Origin: Antechinus flavipes
Lineage: Eukaryota
Length of the DNA: 64,000 nt
Assembly (NCBI RefSeq): GCF_016432865.1
Contig: NC_067399.1
Location: 470,952,001 to 471,016,000 of the forward strand
Reading direction: 5' to 3'
Position 1 is the stretch's first letter, and each line of letters opens with the position of its first letter. The position numbers and the translations under genes were made by a program. The notes beneath the pieces are model-generated. The model was not told the DNA's origin. It saw only the letters and a list, made by a program, of their open reading frames with translations, and searched no databases. Below are positions 27,838 to 39,045 of the stretch, one piece after another.

Positions 27838-28999
27838 TCATAGTTTCATTTTAGAGCTGAGAAAGGCATCATCTAGTTCAAGCTTTTCATTTTACAGAGG
27901 TGGAAACTGAGGACCCAGAAATGCAGTGAATTGCATAAATTTAAAGAGTCATTCAATTCTAACTGAAATAAAATCTGGGCTGAGGTAGAGTCTAATAGAA
28001 ACCAAATCTCACATACTTAAGGACTTTTGGTTGTGGAAGAAATCTTAGAGAATGCTTTGTCCAACCCTCTTATTTTACAGAGGAGAAAACAGAGACTTGG
28101 AGTTCAAATCAGAAAAGGTACTAGAACTAGTTCTCCTTACTCCAAATCCAGAATTCTTTCAGTCAGGATGTTGAAATTTGTGGTTTTTAGGGTAAGAGGG
28201 TGAGGAGAGGAGGGAGAAGGATGGACTAAGGACTCCCTAAGGTTTCATCTGTGTAAGAGAGGATCTCTTTTATTTTTCAAAGTAGAGTCAGATCCCAAGC
28301 TCACCATCATTCTACCACCTCTGGAAAAGCAGGTGGGCAAAGCTTCCAGAGAAAGAAGAGGACCAGGGATAGGAAGAGGCAGAAGAATTAATAGTAAGGC
28401 ATGTCTCTCCTACAGAGAGCTTTCTGCCTTACATGGCTTCAGATCTACTCCTCACCACTATCCCACACCCTCGGTTGTAGAGAACATCAGACCTGAGCAT
28501 CTAACCCATAATGTACCCAGACCACAGTTTCTAAATTGTGGAAAAGTTTGGAAAATTGGGGAGAGTAAAAGAAAATTTCTGGGATTAATGTATAAGATAG
28601 TTTTCTCAGGAAAGCATAGTGCACTAACTATGAAAGGTCTGAAAGGCACTGTTTCCCTTACTCCACTTTCTTATCAGAAAGGATTCCATTTTGGTAGGTG
28701 TTGTAGAAGGAGGTAAAGAAGAACTCTCCAGGGGAGAAAGTTTCTGGTTCTATTGCTTCGCCCTCTCCCCAGGTAATGTGATTTATGACAAGATAATGAA
28801 GGAGCTAATGCTGTTGTATTGGGCCAAGATTTAGCCTTTCTTTCTATCCATTGGATAACCTTAGGAAGCAATGAAACTATTCCCTCCGTGGGAAGCCTGT
28901 CTCTGCTTCCACCCTCACATATCTAGCCACCTATTTGTGGCGGTAGCCATACCTCAGCTTTCTTACCACACGTCCTCAAAGTAGTTTCCTTGCCAGTTC

Positions 29000-29790
29000 C
29001 TTCTTCCTTTAAACACATGTTTGATGCCTTTTATTTCCGTGTTGCCATTATTTTCAACTATATCCATCCCCACTCCATCTGGCAACCAAATATTGTAACA
29101 AAGGCTAAAAAAGAAAGCAGGGGAGGAGAGTTCAGGATAACTAAAACATAACCTGAATTGAATATGCTGTTCTGTAGTTGTAGTTTCCCCTCTATTCCCT
29201 ATTTCTCTGCAAAGAACAAAGGGAAGCACATTTTCTTATCTCTTTTCTAGGGTTGAACTTGTTATCTAAATGCTAATTATCTAGCATTTAGGTTTGTAGT
29301 GTCACAGAGCTAGAACCTCAGAGACAATCTAGTCCAACCTCATTTTTTGGTTGAGACTTGGTTGAGACAAGTTAAGTAGCTTGTCCAATGTCACAGACAT
29401 AGCACATGTCAAAGATGAGATTTGAATCTAGGACTTCTAACACCTCAGGCAATGGGGGCTCTTTCCACTGTATCCTCTGGTATTTGTTGTTACACTTCTG
29501 CATATGTGCTTGTTGTCATTGTATAGATTGTTTTCCTGACTCTATTTACTATACTCAGAATCTATTTCTGTAAGTCATCCCATGCTTCTATGAATTTTTC
29601 ATATCCATTGTTTCTTGTAATATATCAATATTACATTCATATGCCACACTATGTTCAGCTATTCCCCCAAATCGTAATTATCTACTTTGTTTCCATTTCT
29701 TTGCTACCATAAAAGTTCTGTTATTAATATTTTGGATTATAGGGGACCTTTCTTTCTGTTTCATCTACATGGGATATATTCCTAATATTG
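29000..29790 (-). mobile_element. Ancient marsupial L1 3' end, interrupted by a core SINE (~29290-29480)
   Basis: Antisense L1 3'-end pattern (aatattacattcatatgccacactatgttcagctattcccc...ttgctacc); boundaries approximate. Confidence 0.6.
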
Positions 29791-30567
29791 GGATTATATT
29801 CCTACTTCTTCAGAAGAATACAATTATTTGACTGCAGCTCTTTAAATTTCCTGTCCTGGAGCAAATGTTCCCACCCCCCACTCCCACCCCTTTGCCCCCA
29901 AAGTTGTTGCCCCTTGTCCTTTTTTTGATTACAATTCTGCCTTAATGCCAGTTTGAAAGTAAAACCTGTGTCAAAGGCAAGAGACCATTATGATGAAGTA
30001 AAAAGGCTATTTATCAAGAAAAAGACCAGGCAAGGGCAGAGGCAGGAGAAATAATAGAGGTCCAGGAATATAGGTTGGCTATGTGGAAGTTTGGAGGTTC
30101 AAATGGGTAAAAAGTAGAAGCAGGGTCTGTCAGTCAAGAGTTAAGGAAAATGTATATCTAAATGTGTTTAAGCTCATAAAATAATATTTTCTGCTATGAT
30201 TGTTCATAGTGAGTCTTATCAGCAATCTTTTGAGCTCGACCTAACCTTGCCCCTCTTTATCTTATGCATGAGCTTCAGCTATGGACAGCTCCTACCCACT
30301 CCTGACTTTCCCTGCAATGGGAGAGAAGCTAACATAGTTGCAGACAGTGATATATTTACAGAATGTAAAGAAAGGTTAGAAAGAAACTTAAATCCCAAGA
30401 ACTCGAAACCATACCTGATCAAGGATCCCCCCTATAGCAGGATAGCAAGTGGTCATTCAGACTTTGACTATAGTTCTCCATTGAGGATTCTTCACTCTAT
30501 CTACTAGGGTAAGCCATTTCAGTTTTGGATAACTTTAATTATTAGAAAATGTTTTTCTTCAGTGAAA

Positions 30568-30651
30568 ATTAATGATTGCAAGCTGCAAGGATTCAGATTT
30601 ATTTTCTTCAGTGAAAATAAATCTGAATCCTTGCAGCTTGCAATCATTAAT
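30568..30651. repeat. Perfect inverted repeat: 39-bp arms, 6-nt loop
   Basis: 30568-30606 attaatgattgcaagctgcaaggattcagatttattttc is the exact reverse complement of 30613-30651; loop ttcagt. Confidence 0.98.
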
Positions 30652-32010
30652 CAATCACTATGCAAAACACTATCCTAAGTATTAGGAATGCAAAGAAGGT
30701 AAAAAGAATACCTTATAAAATAAGAAACAGTCAAAATTTATTAGAACGTGATAAAAGGGGATCACTTGTGCCTATAAAAGTGTTTGCTTTAGTAAGAAGT
30801 TTTCATTGAGACAGGAGTGAAGGAAGACATAATAAGGGAAGGCATATGAGTAAAAAAGGGGGGACAAGAAGGAGCTCTTGGCAAATTGTATCAATTTTTT
30901 TTCAGTGAAATGTGAAGCAAAATTCTCAGTTGAGAAGATGGTAGTATAGGGTGCCATGGGAAGTTTGAGGAGGAATGAAAAGATTTGGAAAAGCTGTTGC
31001 ATTGAGTGGGATGCTGAATATAAAAGGTGAGTATAAAAGGATGTGTTTATAACTTGTAAATAACTAGGTATGTACAAGATACATACAGAATAGATGGAGG
31101 GTAATCTTAGATAAGAAAACTCTGGCAGTTCAAGGGATCAGAAAAAGTCTCCTGAAGAAAATGACATTGGAGCTGATTCTTCAAAGAAGCTAGGGAAACT
31201 CAGAAATACAGAAGATAGGGAAGATCTTTCTGGGACAAGTAACAGCCAGGGCAAAAGTACAGAATTAGAATGTCACATGTGAAGCATAGTAGATAGACCA
31301 GTATAATTGGATATGTAGAGTGTGCAAAGAAAAATAAAGTATGAGAAAATTGGAAATGTGGGAAGGGCTTTGTGCCTTTGTGATTGTGAAGAACTTTAGG
31401 TGCAAAAGGCCAAATAAAAGACTTTGTGTTTGATTTTTGAGATAATAGGAAGCTTGTAGAATTTATTGAGTAATAAGGTGACATGGTCAGACATGCTTTA
31501 GGAAAATCACATTGGTAAATTGGTAGAGCATAAATTACAGTTGGGGGTGGGGATGACTTGAGATATAACTAAATATAAGAGAATAATTGCAGTAATATGA
31601 GTTGAGATGGAAATCTGAGAGATGATGAGGGTTGTATGGTTGGGGAGAAGATGAAATATGTTAGAAATGTTGTAAATGTAGAAATGACAAAATTTGACAA
31701 CTAATTGGATATGCAAAATGAATGAGATGTTGAGGCTGATGCCATAGCTGAAAGTTTTGATGCTTGGGAGGATTATGGTACCCTAAACAGTCATAGATGA
31801 ATTGGGAAGAAGGCTTTCAAAAATATTGAGTTTAGGATATCCAGTTAGAAATGGCCAAAAGAAAGTTAGTGATGCTCAGAAGAAAGATTAAGGCTGGATA
31901 AGTAAAATTGTGAATTATCTAAAAAACCAAAGATTGCACCCATGGGAACCAATGAGATAATCAAGATGGTGATCCTCTAAAGAGGAGAAACGGGGGCCAG
32001 AACAGAAAGT
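30652..32010 (-). mobile_element. L2 LINE remnants (3' end and ORF2), antisense
   Basis: Purine-rich antisense L2 pattern starting with an L2 tail (aatcaatcactatgcaaaacactatcctaagtattagg); boundaries approximate. Confidence 0.6.
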
Positions 32011-32133
32011 GTCCATGGGGGACACTCATGGATCCTACTTCTGTCATCTGCACCAAGACGAACATGTCTGTACCTTTCCAATGAATATATGTCACTTTAG
32101 CACTTGAAGACAGCTGTCATTTTCCCTTTAGGA

Positions 32134-32919
32134 TTTTTCTTTTTCTTTTAAATGATTCACCATTTCCTTTATTTGTACAAAATAGTGATTAATTATAGCC
32201 TAGCTAAGAAAAAAAATGGTAGTTTAGGGTCTAAACAAGTCCTTCTGTCCTGAAGCATCTATTTTGATGTCTTGGTATTAGTAAACTTTAGCCTCAGAAT
32301 CTTTGGGTTTGGCACCCTTAAGTTTGGTAGACTTGACAAACTTGGATTCAATAGGCTTAGCAGCCTTGGAATCATGGGGCTTTTGTGACTTTTGAATCAG
32401 ACTTGGCAGTCCTAGGATCAGGCTTGGTGACTTTAATGTCAGACTTAGTGGCTTTGGAGAACTTGGAGTCAGATTTGGTGGCTGTGGGCCAGATTTGGTG
32501 ACCTTCAGGCCAGACTTACTGACCTTGCTGTCAGATTTGGTAACCTTTGGGTAAGTGGTCTTTAGTAGTCTTGGGATCTGTGGGCTTGGCAGGCTTGGGT
32601 TCAGTGGTTCTGATAATCATAAAGTTGGACCTGGGGCCTGGGCATTTACACCAATCCTATGACCTGGACCTAGTGTGCCAGCATTGACCTCGAAGATCTT
32701 GGGCCTGAGAATCTTGACCTTGAAAACCTTGGTGCTCAGGGGCTTGATAGCCACTACTCAGGCCTTTATAGCTTTGGTGTTGCATCTTCTTCAGCCTCTT
32801 GTTTCTCAGAAACTTGAGTTTACCAACCCTTTCAGATACTTATATCACTGTTACCTACATTTCTTGATGCCATTTATGGGCCATTTTTGTGATTAGTTGT
32901 GGGTAATATGGTTCTTAGA
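32134..32919 (-). pseudogene. RPL29: Decayed processed pseudogene of ribosomal protein eL29 with a long Lys-rich repeat C-terminus
   Basis: Minus strand from 32919 reads SKNHITHN*SQKWPINGIKKCR*Q*YKYLKG..KFLRN/KxLKKMQ, against RPL29 [39 protein letters not shown]...KKGLKKMQ. Intronless; stop at 32280-32278. 3' UTR contains ggacagaaggact and ctattttgtacaaataaa, as I recall from mammalian RPL29 3' UTRs. AATAAA at 32173-32168, then an A-rich tract 32149-32134. Confidence 0.9.
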
Positions 32920-34679
32920 AGAGACCAAGAATAAGAGAGAGAATCAATCCACCCCCAGTATTTTTCAAGGTCAAACATTCCATCTGTAACAAAAACATCT
33001 CTATCACTATTGCTTATTTTTTCATGGAACATCCCTTTATCAAAGCCAGCACCACATTACTGTGAAAATATTTTACAGTGAGACTAGATGCAATCAAAGT
33101 CAAGTAACAAACATGTATAAAGGAATTTTTTAAAGCATAATAAAGTTGTTTCCATGCCAAAACATACCATCTCACTCTATGGGATTTCCCTGAAACTGAG
33201 AGCCGCAGGAAACTACAATAGGTAGAGGGTTGGAGGGTAGAAACCCCGTAGCCTAAGTCTGACCGATATTGCAGTTTTCTGAGTTCTTGAGAAAGTTCCC
33301 TCACATACTTGAGATCTTGGACATTGGAGGTTTAACTGCATTTGTTAATAATAGCCAACAGGGATAGGATTCTGAGCACTATCCAGTGGGAAAGACATGG
33401 TCTAAAGATCTACAGAGAGAAGCCTTTCTCTGTAATATAGCAGGAGGTATAAGGTGTCAGAAATGTCCACTGAGCCTCACCCAGTTCACCCTATTCTGAT
33501 GCAAGTAATATGAGTACGTCCTTTAGCAACATGAGGGGTGATATGGATTGTTACAGACCCTGTGAACATCCACTCACCTACCACAAGGATAACACAAGTG
33601 AAGGAAATACGGCAGCCAACCTAATGATCACATCAAATAAGTTGGATCTCCATACTTCCCCAGCCTTTCCTGGTCTCTTCCTCTGAATTCACTCCAGTGT
33701 CACTTAGCAACATACTTTCTCAACCACTAAGAACGAATCCCCAGTGAGTACCATCAAGCTTCCCCTACACTAGCAGCTTTCTTACGCTTGGGGATTAAAA
33801 TCTTAGGAAGGCCCTTAAGTACTCTGGTAGAAAGTCTGGTGCTATTATATGCTCCAAATAATAGCAGAAGAAGCTCTGACTACCCTCTCCCCACCCCACT
33901 GTCACCCTCACCCCCCCCACACACAATTCTGTATACAGTGTCCTAATTTGACACAGTGGGTGGAGGGCAAAGTGAGCATTCCATTCATTCTAGCTGACCT
34001 GCTCCATTATACTATTATCCAATGGAGGGGGTTTAGGGTGGATAGGGAAGGAGCTGAACAATGTTTGTATCTTTAGGGATTGGTTGCTGCCCCTGCTCAG
34101 ATCCCTGCCACACCCGTGGTCTGTGTAACTTATCTGCCCAGGTTCCCTTATTTTAAGTCAACTCCACCTTAATTGACACCCTGATGAGGTTCAGTATGTG
34201 GGAGGGAATAAAAGAAAAGATTTATTATGCTTTATAACATTTAGTGAAAACACTGATGGTTAGCTCCTCTGATGTCAGAGCATTCAGGACTGGGGGGAGA
34301 GGAGAAATTTCATGTTCCTCACTCAATCAGTCACCAAAAGACACTCGTTCTTTCTTCCTAAAGTCTTTTTCATTTTCCTATTTTTTTCCCATTCCTATTA
34401 ACACCACAAGCTTGTATTTATTATTTCTCACCTAATTAATAGACTAGAATAGAATTTCTCTGGATTGGTAGAGTGAGCATTATATTAGGAGCTATAGGCC
34501 CTAGGTTCTACTCCTGGCTCTGTTTATTTGCTACCTATGTGAACTTAAACAAGTCACTTCATTTGTCCCTCAGTTTCTTCATCTGTAAAATTGAGAAGGT
34601 TAGATCAAATAATCTTTTTTTCTAAAGTCTCTCGCAGCTCTAAACATATGATCCCATACAATGTATTCTGAAAAGGCTA

Positions 34680-36230
34680 CCATATTAATTTTCAAGAAAC
34701 ACAGCTCTGGTCCCTCCCTACTCAACAACTTGCAATGGTTCCTTAGTGCCTAAAGGATAAAGTGGCATTGAAGGCTCTCTGAAATATGATTCTAAAGAAC
34801 CTTTCTATCTTATACTATTTCTCATCTTGTAGTCTATATGCCAGCAAAATTATCTTTATTACCCCCCAAAAAAAAGCTATTTCTTCCCTCACTTCTTTTT
34901 ATGCTATTCTTCTACCTGAGATGCCATCTTTTTTTCCTCCCTAACTAATTTGATTCCTCTTTTAAAAATTTTTTTAGAAAAGCTTTTTATTTACAAAGCA
35001 TATGCATGAGTAATTTTTCCAACATTGACCCTTGCATAACCTTTTGTTGCAAATTTTCCCCTCCTTCCCCCCACCCCCTCCCCTAGCTGGCAGGTAGTCC
35101 AAAATATGTTAAATATGTTGAAATACATGTTAGATCCAATATATGTATACATATTTATACAGTTATCTTGTTGCACAAGAAAAATCCAATAAAGAAGGAA
35201 GAAAAGGAAAAAGTGAGAAAGAAAACAAAATGCAAACAAATAACAAGAGAAAGAGTGAGAATGTTATGTTGTGTTCCACACTCTATTCCCACGCTTCTCT
35301 CTTTGGGTATAGCTGGCTCTCTTCATCACTGAGCAAGTGGAACTGGTTTGAATCATCTCAATGTTAAAAAGAGACACGTCCATCAGAATTTATCATCATA
35401 TAGTCCTGTTGTTGCCATGTATAATGATCTCCTGATTCTGCTCATTTCACTGAGCATCAGCTCATGTAGGTCTCTCCAGGCTTCTCTAAAATCCTCCTGC
35501 TAGTCGTTTCTTACAGAACAATAATATTCTATATTATTCATATACCACAATTTATTCAGCCATTCTCCAACTGATACATCTACTCACTTTCCAGTTACTA
35601 GCCACTACAAAAAGACCTGCCACAAACATTTTTGCACATGTGGGTCCCTTTCCCTTCTTTAGTATCTCTTTAGGGTATAAGCCCAGTAGAAACACTGCTG
35701 GGTCAAAGGGTATGCACAGTTTGATAACTTTTTGAGCATAGTTCCAAACTGCTCTCCAGAATGGTTGGATCACAACTCCACCAACAATGTATTAGTGTTC
35801 CAGTTTTCCCACATCCCCTCCAACATTGGTCATTATCTTTCCCTGTCATTCTAGCCAATCTGAGAAGTGTGTAGTGGTTTCTCAGAGTTGTCTTAATTTG
35901 CATTTCTCTGATCAATAGTGATTTGGAGCACCTTTTCATGTGGCTACAACCTATTACTCTTTAAGCTATAAATTTAGTCTTCCATGAAGCCTTCCCTTGC
36001 TAACCCAACATATAGTGGATTTTCATTTCTCTGAATTTCATTTCTCTGCAGTCATGATTTGTCCCGTCATTGATGATCCATCTTGTCTTGTGTATTGTTT
36101 GCTTTCTGTGGATACATGCCAACTCTCCCAAGGAAATAATAAGTTCCTCAAGGAAATGTCTTCTTTCTCCCCTATGGTATAACCTAGTACACACAGGTCA
36201 ATAAATGTTTCTTTGTTGATTTGATTAGTC
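34680..36230 (+). mobile_element. L2 3' end split by an antisense L1 (L2 pieces ~34680-34960 and ~35950-36230)
   Basis: L2 motifs (ccatgaagccttccct; caataaatgtttctttgttgatttgatt) on both sides of the L1. Confidence 0.6.
34975..35946 (-). mobile_element. Intermediate-age L1 3' portion
   Basis: ORFs 35552-35773 and 35703-35939 on the minus strand are L1 ORF2 (QPFWRAVWNYAQKVIKLCIPFDPAV); T-rich tail at the left end. Confidence 0.9.
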
Positions 36231-36350
36231 ATCAAATTTGACTGTCATTTGCTATATTTATTGCTAAGATATTGTAGAGAGTATTTCTACTCAATTATTC
36301 AGTGATTCAATTCAACCAACAATATTTATTAAGTAGCCACAACTATTTTC

Positions 36351-36491
36351 TTTTTTGTTATTTTTTTGGTTGGGGGGCAAAGTGACTTGCCCAGGCTCAC
36401 ACAATTAGGCAATGTTAAGTGTTTGAGGTCAGCTTTGAACTCAGATCCTCCTGAATTTAGGGCTAGTGCTCTATCCACTGCTAGCTACCCC
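36351..36491 (-). mobile_element. WSINE1-like tRNA-derived SINE
   Basis: Reverse complement ggggtagctag...cagtggatagagcac...gagttcaaa...gtgagcctgggcaagtcac with A tail; 14-bp TSD ccacaactattttc (36337-36350) / ccataactattttc (36495-36508). Confidence 0.85.
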
Positions 36492-37849
36492 TATCCATAA
36501 CTATTTTCAGAGATAGTTTGGATATGTATGTATGTGTATGTATATATATGTATATACATACATGTATTTTATATATAAAAGATATATATGAGATAACCTC
36601 TGTTTTTATGTGTATACACATATATGTATATTGTGTATGTGAATATGTATACATACATGTGAGTATATGTGTAGGTGTTGATGTGTGTTTGTGACCGAAA
36701 AATTTCACAGAATGAAAATGTTGGTTGTGATCTACTTTGGTAAAGGTCAGACTCTTATTAATCCATCAGAGTTCTATTATTAATGCTGCTGCTACTGCTG
36801 TTGTTACTATTACTACTGCCACAATAAATAGATCATAGGGTCTGTTCTTGAGAGAGACAGAATCTTCCAATAAGATATAATACCTTCTCTCATGCAGGAA
36901 AATGGTATAATGGGGTAGCCATGTGGTACAGCAGAAAGAGTGATGATTTGGAGTCAAAGAAGCTAGATTAGAATCGTTCCTCTGCCACTTGCTATTTCTA
37001 GTATTTTGGGCCAGTCACAGCATCTGGGAGCCTTGGTTTCTTCATTTACAAAATGACAAACTCAAAGTATTCTAAGGTCCCTTCCAGTTCTAAAGCTATG
37101 ATCTCCTGACTTAACAAGATTTCTGAGCTCCCAATATATGATTCTATGATACATAGGTGACCAATATGTAGGAAATCTATTAAATAATTCTAATTCAGGT
37201 CTGAGAGAGAAGATTTTTACCTGTGATGTGCAATTGGAAGCATTAAGGGAAATAGCAGCATTTGACTTTGCCTTTAAATGATTAGTAGATATCAAATATA
37301 TAAAAAGGGCCAGAGAAAAGGTTTTAGTAAGAGAAGACAGCATAAACCATGACAGGGTATTGGGAAAGTACAGGACTGATTCAGGAAGAGATATATAAGG
37401 GTCCAGTTTGACTGAAGTATAGAGCAGACGCCCAAATAAAGGTTGGACCATGTGATCCTTTTCAATCCTGAGCTTCTATGATGCTTTCATAGTTTTAATC
37501 CAACTAGCTGGCCTGGGAAGCAATGTTGGCCGCTAATGTTAGATTAGGACTTTCTTGGGGTTAACTTTTGATGCTCTTTGGCTTGTGAATTTTGTATTCT
37601 CTGCATTTGTTTTACTGGTACATTCAACAGACGTATTTAGCATCTCTTATATGTCAAGCAATATGGTAGGCATTAGGGGAGGATACAAAATTAATATAAG
37701 ACATAGTCACTGTTCTCATAATTGCAGTCTAATGGGGAGGAATATACAATAATGTATAAGTGTGATTGATGTGAACTCTAAATTACATGGATTGAGAGAG
37801 TTAGTAATCCTGGGAAACCCTTGATATGTTGATGGCATTAAAAAAAAAA

Positions 37850-38118
37850 NNNNNNNNNNNNNNNNNNNNNNNNNNNNNNNNNNNNNNNNNNNNNNNNNNN
37901 NNNNNNNNNNNNNNNNNNNNNNNNNNNNNNNNNNNNNNNNNNNNNNNNNNNNNNNNNNNNNNNNNNNNNNNNNNNNNNNNNNNNNNNNNNNNNNNNNNNN
38001 NNNNNNNNNNNNNNNNNNNNNNNNNNNNNNNNNNNNNNNNNNNNNNNNNNNNNNNNNNNNNNNNNNNNNNNNNNNNNNNNNNNNNNNNNNNNNNNNNNNN
38101 NNNNNNNNNNNNNNNNNN
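37850..38118. other. Assembly gap (N-run)
   Basis: Run of N. Confidence 1.
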
Positions 38119-38811
38119 CCTGTGTTAACAAAGATGCAGAAGTAGGAAAGCAGAGAATGCATATGGGAGATACAGGATAGTTTTTCTAGATTGGGAAGTA
38201 ATATATTGAGGGCAGTAAGTTGAGATAAAATAGAAAAGATAGATTGGATTGAAATTGTAAAGGATCTGAAGTGCTAAAATAAGGAGTTTAAATTATATTA
38301 ATTAGTGAGAAACTATTGAAAGTGTTTGAGCAGAGAACTTATAGGAGCAGCCCCTGTCTGTTAGGAATATTATTATGGCAGCTGTATGAAAGACAGGCTG
38401 GAGAGAGAAGAAAGTGTAGTTAGGGGCCGTTAGGGGACTATGACAGTGCTTGAAGCAAGAAATATTGGGTCATCAGGCTGGGAGCAGTGTAGATGGTAAG
38501 GAGGGCATAGATTCTAAGCTCTATGAGGTACAAAGAATTAAAAATACTCTGATTGAATATGGGGATGAAGGAAATGGATGCAAGGTTTTGGGTTTGGTTG
38601 CCTGAAAAGCTGATTTTTCTATCAAAAGTAATAAAGGTGCTTGTTTATAGAAGAAGAGGATGAATTGGAAGTGCTGAAGAGACATCCAGTTAGAGATTCC
38701 AGCACATATACTTGTAGATACAAGATTGAAATTTCAGTGGGGATGAAAATATAGATTTGATTGCTATCTGAATTGAGGTGATCATTAAAATGGAGAAGGA
38801 AGGAGAGTGGA

Positions 38812-39045
38812 GAGACAGAGAGACAGAGACAGACAGACACAGAGAGATGAGAGACAGAGTCAGAGACAGAGACAGAGAGAGAAGGAAGTAGGGAGGGAAG
38901 GAGAGGGAAACAGAGAAAGTTGCAAATGGAGAAAGGGAGAAGAGACAGAGAGATGAGACAGATAGAAACAGAGAGATAGAGACAGAAAAAGAGACAAAAG
39001 GTGGGAGAGAATCAGAGAGAGAAGAGAGATAGAGAGAAAGGAGAA
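38812..39045. repeat. Degenerate (GAGACA)/(GA)n purine tract
   Basis: gagacagagagacagagac... low complexity. Confidence 0.9.

Noticed and set aside
18069-27841. Long ORFs (127-451 aa) as host genes
   Set aside because: All are L1 ORF2 fragments inside 5'-truncated elements lacking promoter, ORF1 and the EN/RT core.
33200-33850. Possible LTR/ERV remnant next to the RPL29 copy
   Set aside because: No TG...CA termini, TSD or retroviral protein motif could be identified.
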